From assembly GCA_934660865.1 (NCBI GenBank), contig CAKUIA010000006.1:30001-62000 (forward strand): 32,000 bases of DNA. The letters are read 5' to 3'. This document shows, in pieces, positions 17,513 to 24,093 of this stretch. A model generated the notes under the pieces. The model was not told where the DNA came from. It saw only the letters and a program-made list of their open reading frames with translations, and searched no databases. The translations under genes and the position numbers were made by a program. Every line of letters starts with the position of its first letter. Position 1 is the stretch's first letter. The stretch comes from an uncultured Opitutales bacterium. Lineage in GTDB: Bacteria; Verrucomicrobiota; Verrucomicrobiia; Opitutales; Intestinicryptomonadaceae.

Positions 17513-17692
17513 ATGAGCGGTTTAGTACAATGGTCATCTAAAGCAAAGAATAAGCCCCAGACAAAGAGAGCGGGCAAAAAGCCCAATCCCCAGCGTCAAC
17601 GCGCACTCGCGCTCCGCAAAAGAAAGGCAAACGAATCGGCGGTAAAGGCTATTGCTGTTGCCAAACGCAAAGAGCAGAAGGCTCAAGCTTAA
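17513..17692 (+). CDS. Small, highly basic hypothetical protein (59 aa), absent from the ORF track
   Basis: ATG 17513 to TAA 17690-17692 gives MSGLVQWSSKAKNKPQTKRAGKKPNPQRQRALALRKRKANESAVKAIAVAKRKEQKAQA, with 18 Lys/Arg and 2 Glu. AGGAAA lies 8 nt upstream. The ORF ends 25 nt before rpmB on the same strand. Confidence 0.4.
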   Translation: MSGLVQWSSKAKNKPQTKRAGKKPNPQRQRALALRKRKANESAVKAIAVAKRKEQKAQA

Positions 17693-17717
17693 TTTTATAG
17701 GAAGGTATCTTAATACA

Positions 17718-17948
17718 ATGGCAAGAATATGTTCAGTAACAGGTAAGCGTCCCGTAGCCGGCCGCAAAATCATACACAAAGGTCAAAGCAAAAAGAGCGG
17801 CGGTATCGGTTTGCAGCTTGTAAAACAGGTTAACCGCACTTTTAAGCCCAATGTTCAGCGTGTTCGCGTACGCACCGAAAGCGGCGCCATCAAGCGCGTT
17901 TGGGTAAGCGCAAAGGCTCTTAAAGCCGGCTTGGTGGAAAAAGCCTAA
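17718..17948 (+). CDS. rpmB: 50S ribosomal protein L28
   Basis: MARICSVTGKRPVAGRKI.H....GG is the L28 signature. The start is chosen at the internal Met with an AGGAAGG SD. The track ORF begins at 17652. Confidence 0.9.
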   Translation: MARICSVTGKRPVAGRKIIHKGQSKKSGGIGLQLVKQVNRTFKPNVQRVRVRTESGAIKRVWVSAKALKAGLVEKA

Positions 17949-17970
17949 GCTTTTAAGCGCACACCTTTTA

Positions 17971-18001
17971 AAAAACCGCAATTTATGTTGCGGTTTTTTT
18001 G
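17971..18001 (+). terminator. Rho-independent terminator after rpmB
   Basis: AACCGCAA (17974-17981) pairs with TTGCGGTT (17988-17995) around a 6-nt loop, followed by a T-run. Confidence 0.8.
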
Positions 18002-18061
18002 TGCGCGCATACCGCGTAGCCCGCCGTATTTGGCGCCGAAAAGATTGCATTTTTTATATGC

Positions 18062-18088
18062 AAAAAAAGCGCGGCAAAAAAGCCGCGC
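18062..18088 (-). terminator. Rho-independent terminator after the metallophosphoesterase gene
   Basis: GCGCGGC (18069-18075) pairs with GCCGCGC (18082-18088). The A7 run at 18062-18068 gives a U-tract on the minus-strand transcript. Confidence 0.7.
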
Positions 18089-18125
18089 TCTGCAAATTTT
18101 TAGAAATTTCGGGAAACTTCGGGCG

Positions 18126-19070
18126 CTAACAGATTGTAATTTCCTGAAGCTCTTTCTTAAAGGCTGCGTCGGCACAAGTTTGAATTGCGCCGCTTTCGAA
18201 AGTGTCGTTAATTTGCATGTGCAAGTGCCCGCACAAAACTCCCTTTACAAGCTTTTCGCGCTTTATTTGCGCAGCAAACATTTCGGTAAACGCCGAAGCC
18301 CTTTGGTTTAACACTCCCTTGTTGTTGAATTTTTCGGCAAGAGCCTGCAACTTTTCCACCGGGGTTGCGCACAAATTGGGGCTTTTGTTTTCCGGTTCCG
18401 ACAAAAACTGCTCGTAAAACTTTTGCGTATACAATGGGGTATGGCACAATATTATTATGGGCAGGCCCCTTTGCACTTCCTTCAAATACAACTCGTACTG
18501 ACGCTGCGTAAAGTTCATATTCGCGTTGTCTATGGATATTATGTTTAGCCCGCCTACTATGTGCGAGGAAAATTCCAAATCGTATTTAAAGCACGCTTTT
18601 GTTTTTTCTATTACGTCTTTAACGTTGTATTCGGGTGCGGGATTAACCCACCTAAAATACTCGTGGTTGCCCGCGCTAAAAACGTAGGTGTCTTCGGCAA
18701 CCGATTCCCTTAAAAATTCGTAGCCCTTTTGGGTGCCGAAATCGAGAATGTCGCCCGTGCAAAGCAGCGGCATATTGCGTTTTTTTGCATATTGCACAAT
18801 GGGCCGCCACAATTTTTGCGGGTTGCGCATAAGCTTGTTTCGCCCGTGGGCTTTGGGCAGGCTTTTGGGGTCTCTTTCGTCGCATATAGCCATATGCAAG
18901 TCGCTAATGTGCAAAAACTTTAGCGGCTTTTTTAAGCCCGCAAAAATCTGCACTTTGGTGATGTTAAAATCAACATCGTCTTCTTCGGCAAAAGCATTCG
19001 CAAAAATGCCCGCCGACAATATGCCGACCGTGCCCTTTATTGTACAATCCAGGAAATTTCGCCTTAACAT
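18126..19070 (-). CDS. Tat-exported calcineurin-like metallophosphoesterase
   Basis: Twin-arginine signal MLRRNFLDC...ANAFA. Metallophosphoesterase motifs are ISDLH, GDILD, GNHE, CHTP and GHLH. The start codon shares one base with the GH28 stop (TAATG). Confidence 0.8.
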   Translation of the reverse strand: MLRRNFLDCTIKGTVGILSAGIFANAFAEEDDVDFNITKVQIFAGLKKPLKFLHISDLHMAICDERDPKSLPKAHGRNKLMRNPQKLWRPIVQYAKKRNMPLLCTGDILDFGTQKGYEFLRESVAEDTYVFSAGNHEYFRWVNPAPEYNVKDVIEKTKACFKYDLEFSSHIVGGLNIISIDNANMNFTQRQYELYLKEVQRGLPIIILCHTPLYTQKFYEQFLSEPENKSPNLCATPVEKLQALAEKFNNKGVLNQRASAFTEMFAAQIKREKLVKGVLCGHLHMQINDTFESGAIQTCADAAFKKELQEITIC

Positions 19071-20512
19071 TATTTTTTTACTATTTTGTTGTTGAATTGG
19101 TAAACGTCTTTGCAGTCTATAAAATTCAATGCGTCGGCCTCGCCCTTTGGAGCTTCGAAAATGCCGTTGGTAATGCGTATCGAATTTACGTCGTCGGCAA
19201 CAATGGCGTGGCGGTATTCGCCGCCTACGGCGTTCAGCTGAATGTTGTCGAGCGTTATGTTCTTTGCGTGCCTAATATAAAAGCCGTAGCCGGGCAAATT
19301 ACCCAAAAGCCTGTTTTCGGGGTAGCCGGCAACCTGTTCGGGAATCTTCTTTTCCATAAGCTTTTCGGCCTCCCTTTCGGGCATTGCGCCCTTCATATTG
19401 AATATGCAGTCGCGCACGATAACGTTTTCCAAAGCGTGCCCCGGAACCGATGTTATGCTGTTCGAAAACCAGCTTTCCGAAGTCGCGGTAATATTGCTTA
19501 TAATAACGTCTTTTATGTAGCTTTTTTGCTCGTCTTTGTTGCGGTGCCCCACCCTTATGTATACGGGAGTTTGAACGTCGGTCATTGCAAGGTTCGAAAC
19601 CGTTATGCGCTCGGCAAAGCCGCCGTCTACCGCCTCGATTGCAATGCCGCCTATGCCGGTTATCGGCGCGCTTACGCCCGAGTTTTTAAAGTGCGTATCC
19701 CACTTGCGGAAGTTCGACTGCGTGCACTTTTTAAGAACGCAGTTCGAAATTGCAACGTTCCTGAAGCCTCCGTGGTTTGCCGTGCCGAATTTTATAAAAT
19801 TGCAGTTCGACGAAATTATGCAGTTTGTAATTGTTATGTTTTCTACAATAAAGTCGCGGCTGTGGCTTTTGGGGCAAATCGCGTCGTCGTCGCAGTCGAT
19901 AATCGAATTCGAAATCACCACGTTTTTGGCCTCTATGTCGATACCGTCGTTATTCCAGTTTGCGTGCGACGTTAGGTGTATGTTGTTTATGAACACGGTG
20001 TCGCACCTTTGCAAAAACAAATTCCAGCACGAAGACGCCGTAATTTTTATATTTTCTATCCTTACATCTTTGCAATCGGTTAAAATGAACATGTGCGCTC
20101 TGCCGCCGACTTCGCCGATGGGGAAATCCGCCCCGCTGCCGTCTACCGTGCCGCCGCCTTTAATGCCTATGTTTGTTGCGCCCTTTGCGCTTATAAAACG
20201 CCCCTTGCCGAAATTTTTTGCATTGGCCTTTAAAACGGTATTAGGCGAAAGGTTTAAAGTTACATTGTCTTTTAAATACAGCGTTTTGCTTAAAAACACG
20301 CCGCCGTCTTTTGGGAATATAACCTCGCCGCCGCCCGTCGACGAACATTCGTCTATGGCCGCCTGCAGGGCTTTTGTGTTGTCGGTTTTGCCGTCGCCTA
20401 TAACATTGCAAAATTCCAGATTTACATTCTTGGCCTGCAGCGAAAATGCGGCCAATGCCGCAATCAACGCAAAAGACGCCTTTTTTAACATAGAGATTTT
20501 CGAATTCATCAT
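19070..20512 (-). CDS. Secreted glycoside hydrolase family 28-like enzyme (right-handed beta-helix)
   Basis: Has a signal peptide. GDGKTDNTKALQAAIDEC...GGGEVIFP is the pectin-lyase-fold N-cap. NNDGIDI and DCDDDAICPKS correspond to the GH28 NTDG and GDDCIAIKS catalytic motifs. Confidence 0.75.
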   Translation of the reverse strand: MMNSKISMLKKASFALIAALAAFSLQAKNVNLEFCNVIGDGKTDNTKALQAAIDECSSTGGGEVIFPKDGGVFLSKTLYLKDNVTLNLSPNTVLKANAKNFGKGRFISAKGATNIGIKGGGTVDGSGADFPIGEVGGRAHMFILTDCKDVRIENIKITASSCWNLFLQRCDTVFINNIHLTSHANWNNDGIDIEAKNVVISNSIIDCDDDAICPKSHSRDFIVENITITNCIISSNCNFIKFGTANHGGFRNVAISNCVLKKCTQSNFRKWDTHFKNSGVSAPITGIGGIAIEAVDGGFAERITVSNLAMTDVQTPVYIRVGHRNKDEQKSYIKDVIISNITATSESWFSNSITSVPGHALENVIVRDCIFNMKGAMPEREAEKLMEKKIPEQVAGYPENRLLGNLPGYGFYIRHAKNITLDNIQLNAVGGEYRHAIVADDVNSIRITNGIFEAPKGEADALNFIDCKDVYQFNNKIVKK

Positions 20513-20655
20513 ATATAAAACAAATTGGTTTATAGAACTTATACACGTTAACTTAATTTTAACGCCCCCTTCAAGTTTAAAATTTATAAAGATTTTGTTG
20601 GTTAAGTTTGATTATGCTTGCAAAAAAAGACCTTCAAGAATACATCTTTGCGCGT

Positions 20656-22221
20656 ATGATGAAAAAAGTATCGTGTTTATTAACCTCGTTATTGTTGTCG
20701 GCCGCGGCTTTCGGCGCAATCGAAATGCCCAGCATATTCTCCGACAATATGATGTTGCAAAGAAACAAGCCCGTTAAGTTTTGGGGCAAGGCAAAGCCGA
20801 ATGCAACCGTGAAAGTGGAGTTTGCGGGACAGACAAAAAGCGTTAGCGCCGACAAAAACGGCCTGTGGTCGCTTAATTTAAACCCCTTAAAGGCAAGCAC
20901 CGAGCTTCGCAAAATTTCGGTATACGAAAACGGCAAACTCGAAAAGACCATAAACGGCGTGCTTGTAGGCGAAGTATGGTTTACGGGCGGGCAATCCAAC
21001 ATGGAGCTTTCCGTAAAAAACACCGACAATTTAAAAGACGCCCTAGCGCGCGGCAAATACCCCACAATAAGGTACTTTAACCAAAACGCGGCAAGCGTAA
21101 GCAAAGAGCCTTTGTTCGACGCGAAAAAGGATAAATATACCCCCTATTGGCAAATGCCCAACGGCAAAAACATAGCCAATATGAACGCAGTTGCCTTCTA
21201 TTTTGCCGAAGCCCTTAACGACGATTTGAACGTGCCCGTTGGCATAATAAAGTCGGCGCTGGGCGCAACAAGAATGAGCTGCTGGGTAGACAAAGAAACT
21301 ATCGGCAAAGTTGAAAGCTTTAAGATAGACCAAAAAACTTTGGACGACGCCCTAAAGAACTTCGACTACGAAAGGGATTTTCCCGTTTGGCAAAAAGCGC
21401 GCAAAGAATACGACGAGGCCTTGGCAAAATTCAAAAAAGGCGAAGGCAAAAGGCCAAGAAACAGCGAATATTTGGCCTATATGCCCATTCCCGAAAGCCC
21501 CTTTAGCTATAGGGGTATGCCCACGGGCTGCTTTAACGCGGTTGTTGCACCCTTTGCGGGCTACACGGTTAGGGGCTTTTTGTGGTATCAGGGCGAAGGC
21601 GACGCTTTCGGCTACCGCGTAAAAAGCTTTGAAAAGGCGTTTTCTTCGCTGATAGACTGCTGGCGCAAGCACTGGGACGACAAAACATTGCCCTTCTACT
21701 TTGTGCAGCTAACGGCACACAACCGCAGCACAGCCCAATGGGGCGACGCGCGTTTTGCCCAATATTTGGTTTCGCAGAACGTTAAAAACACCAATATGGC
21801 AGTTAGCATAGATTTGGGCATGAAAGAGGAAATACACCCTCCCTACAAAAAGCCCATAGGCGTAAGGCTTGAAAAGCTTGTGCTTAGGGAAATCTACGGG
21901 GCAAAAAATCTAAACCCATACTTCCCGAAATTTAAGAGCGTTTCGGCCGACGGCGACGACATTAAAATAACATTCGAAACCTACGGCAAAAAACTTGAAT
22001 GCAAGGGCAAGCCGCGCGGCTTCGAAATTTTGGTAGGCAAAAAGTGGCTAAAGCCGCAAAAAGCCGAGTTTAAAGACAACGCCGTTGTTTTGACAGACCC
22101 TAAGGCCTCCGACGCAAAGACTGTAAGGTATTTGTGGGAATCGTGGTGCGGCGACGACGTTTGCATTTTCGCCGACGACGGGCTTCCCGCAATGCCCTAT
22201 AAAATGGACATAGACAACTAA
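20656..22221 (+). CDS. Secreted sialate O-acetylesterase-like SGNH/DUF303 carbohydrate esterase
   Basis: Signal peptide MMKKVSCLLTSLLLSAAAFGA, then FSDNMMLQRNKP and the catalytic GEVWFTGGQSNM motif. The track ORF starts at 20608. Confidence 0.8.
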   Translation: MMKKVSCLLTSLLLSAAAFGAIEMPSIFSDNMMLQRNKPVKFWGKAKPNATVKVEFAGQTKSVSADKNGLWSLNLNPLKASTELRKISVYENGKLEKTINGVLVGEVWFTGGQSNMELSVKNTDNLKDALARGKYPTIRYFNQNAASVSKEPLFDAKKDKYTPYWQMPNGKNIANMNAVAFYFAEALNDDLNVPVGIIKSALGATRMSCWVDKETIGKVESFKIDQKTLDDALKNFDYERDFPVWQKARKEYDEALAKFKKGEGKRPRNSEYLAYMPIPESPFSYRGMPTGCFNAVVAPFAGYTVRGFLWYQGEGDAFGYRVKSFEKAFSSLIDCWRKHWDDKTLPFYFVQLTAHNRSTAQWGDARFAQYLVSQNVKNTNMAVSIDLGMKEEIHPPYKKPIGVRLEKLVLREIYGAKNLNPYFPKFKSVSADGDDIKITFETYGKKLECKGKPRGFEILVGKKWLKPQKAEFKDNAVVLTDPKASDAKTVRYLWESWCGDDVCIFADDGLPAMPYKMDIDN

Positions 22222-22508
22222 TGCAAAAAATATACAAAAACGGGCGCGACTTTGCCATAGTAAGCCTTTTGGGCATTTGCAACTATTTGGCGGCGTTCTC
22301 GTTTTTGTATTTAAAAAGGGCAAAAATTGCAATGGCGCGCAAAGACCGCCGCGCCTTTGTCGCCTGCATAAAAAAGTCCAACGCATTTGCCGTTTGGGGC
22401 ATTTTGCCCTGCACAATATTGAATTTGGCAATTCTGTACTTCTTTATAGTGTGGCTTATAAAATTTCTGGAGCCCATTGCAAAACAGTTCGGTTTTTACC
22501 TGCGTTGA
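22221..22508 (+). CDS. Small two-TM membrane protein (hypothetical)
   Basis: 95 aa with two hydrophobic helices (FAIVSLLGICNYLAAFSFLYL and AFAVWGILPCTILNLAILYFFIVWLI). Its ATG shares one base with the esterase stop (TAATG). Confidence 0.4.
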   Translation: MQKIYKNGRDFAIVSLLGICNYLAAFSFLYLKRAKIAMARKDRRAFVACIKKSNAFAVWGILPCTILNLAILYFFIVWLIKFLEPIAKQFGFYLR

Positions 22509-22527
22509 ATGCTTTTTCAATAAAAGC

Positions 22528-22556
22528 TTGACAATGTGTGTATGCAAATGCAGTAT
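22528..22556 (+). promoter_or_regulatory. Candidate sigma-70-type promoter for nusA
   Basis: A perfect TTGACA sits at 22528-22533. The -10 is weak: CAGTAT at a 17-nt spacing, preceded by TG. Confidence 0.3.
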
Positions 22557-22584
22557 TGTGCGAAAATTAAGTACTCTCGATTAG

Positions 22585-22613
22585 GAGTGGGGCGTTGGCT
22601 TCCACTTTTTTTT
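22585..22613 (+). terminator. Hairpin plus T8 in the nusA 5' leader (candidate attenuator)
   Basis: GAGTGG (22585-22590) pairs with CCACTT (22602-22607). An inner GC/GC pair closes a GTTG loop. TTTTTTTT follows immediately (22606-22613), 37 nt upstream of the nusA ATG. Confidence 0.5.
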
Positions 22614-22649
22614 GTCAGTACACAACCCCACAAACAAAAGAGGACACCC

Positions 22650-23903
22650 ATGAGCAACAACAACGGAGTTTTGGCACTTCTCGAATACTACGAGAAAGAC
22701 AAGAATATAAGCAGAAGCGATATGATAGAAATCATTATCGCCGCCATAAAAAACGCTGCGGCAAAACGCTATGCGGGTCAGGAACTTAAAGTTGAAATCA
22801 ACCCGAAAACGGGCGCCGTTAAGGCATGGCAGGTGTTCACCGTAACCGACTCGGTGGCAGACCCTGCAACCGAAATGCACATCGACAAGGCGCGCCTTTA
22901 CACCGACAACCCCCAAATAGGCCAGCAGCTGCTTAAAGATGTGGATTTAGACGTAATTTTGGGCAGAATAGACGTAAAAAATGTCCAGCAAATTTTAATG
23001 CAGAAAATCCGCAACAACGAAAAAGACCGCATTTACGAAGACTTTAAAGACCAGGTTGGCGACGTTGTAACGGGCATTGTGCGCCGCCGCGAAAAGGGCA
23101 ACATTATTGTAGACCTGGGCAAGGCCGAAGCTTTGCTTTTAAAGCGCGAGTGCATACCCGGCGAAGACTACGGCGCGGGCGACCAAATTCGCTGCCTTTT
23201 GCTTGAAATAGAAAACTCCATGCGCGGCAACGAGATAATTCTAAGCAGGGCTTCGTACAAGTTTGTAAGAAGGCTTTTCGAATTGGAGGCAAGCGAAATT
23301 GCCGACGGCTCGGTTACAATAGAGGCCATTGCGCGCGAACCCGGCTATAGGACAAAAATTGCGGTTTCGAGCATAGACCCGAAGATTGACCCCGTGGGCG
23401 CCTGCGTTGGCGCCGGCGGCTCGAGGGTAAAAAGCATTGTAAGAGAGCTTAACGGCGAAAAGATAGACGTTATAAAGTATAGCGACGACCCGAAAACCCT
23501 CTTGGAAGAATGCGTAAAACCCGCCCAGGTTAAGAATATTAAGATTTTCGAAGACCAAAAGCGCATATATTTTGAAGTTGCCGAAGCCGACTATTCTTTG
23601 GTTATAGGCAAGCGCGGCTCGAATGCAAAGCTTACTTCTAGGCTTTTGGGCTGGAAACTCGACATTCAAAAAGAATCGCAGCAAGACACCACTTTGGAGG
23701 ACAAGGTTCAAAAAGCTGCCGGCTCTTTGGCGCAGATTTTGCCGAACCTGTCGGAACACCAAACTACATTGTTGGCCAACAGCGGCATAAACAGCGCCGA
23801 CGCTTTCGAAGGCGTAGAGGAAGCCGACTTGGTGGAAATGGGCTTTTCGCCCGCCGAAGCGGCCGAGATTTTAATGCAGGTAAACAGACACCTCGGCAAA
23901 TAA
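22650..23903 (+). CDS. nusA: Transcription termination/antitermination factor NusA
   Basis: The start MSNNNGVLALLEYYEKDKNISRSDMIEIIIAAIKNA is preceded by AAGAGGA. S1 and tandem KH domains are present (GACVGAGGSRVKSIVREL, GKRGSNAKL). One C-terminal HhH-like acidic repeat is present. Confidence 0.93.
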   Translation: MSNNNGVLALLEYYEKDKNISRSDMIEIIIAAIKNAAAKRYAGQELKVEINPKTGAVKAWQVFTVTDSVADPATEMHIDKARLYTDNPQIGQQLLKDVDLDVILGRIDVKNVQQILMQKIRNNEKDRIYEDFKDQVGDVVTGIVRRREKGNIIVDLGKAEALLLKRECIPGEDYGAGDQIRCLLLEIENSMRGNEIILSRASYKFVRRLFELEASEIADGSVTIEAIAREPGYRTKIAVSSIDPKIDPVGACVGAGGSRVKSIVRELNGEKIDVIKYSDDPKTLLEECVKPAQVKNIKIFEDQKRIYFEVAEADYSLVIGKRGSNAKLTSRLLGWKLDIQKESQQDTTLEDKVQKAAGSLAQILPNLSEHQTTLLANSGINSADAFEGVEEADLVEMGFSPAEAAEILMQVNRHLGK

Positions 23904-23922
23904 AACTTCTTTAAGACAACCG

Positions 23923-23957
23923 AAAAAGGCGGATATGCAAAATATCCGCCTTTTTTT
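23923..23957 (+). terminator. Strong rho-independent terminator between nusA and infB
   Basis: GGCGGATAT (23928-23936) pairs with ATATCCGCC (23942-23950) around the loop GCAAA, followed by T7. An A5 run upstream can extend the stem. Confidence 0.85.
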
Positions 23958-24011
23958 GCGTTTGCAGTCCGAAAAAATAGATACGCAAAAATTTCGGCAA
24001 ACTCTTTTATC

Positions 24012-24039
24012 TTTACAAACATTTCCCTTTAAATATAAC
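24012..24039 (+). promoter_or_regulatory. Candidate sigma-70-type promoter for infB
   Basis: TTTACA (24012-24017), a 16-nt spacer, then TATAAC (24034-24039), about 55 nt upstream of the infB ATG. Confidence 0.45.
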
Positions 24040-24093
24040 TGTTTACCTTACAAGTAAAATAAGGCGTATTATAAGCGGCAAAAAAAGGAACAA

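Noticed and set aside
20568-20638. A direct 8-mer repeat CCTTCAAG (20568 and 20631) and a GTTAA/TTAAC palindrome in the divergent CAZyme intergenic region, considered as an operator.
   Set aside because: An 8-mer recurring once within ~140 nt is not far from chance expectation, and no regulator gene is nearby.
22536-22649. The N-terminal extension of the nusA ORF (MCMQMQYCAKIKYSRLGVGRWLPLFFVSTQPHKQKRTP).
   Set aside because: It has no SD and a Cys/aromatic-rich, unprotein-like sequence, and it spans the hairpin and T8 element. The Met at 22650 has a strong AAGAGGA SD and aligns with typical NusA N-termini.
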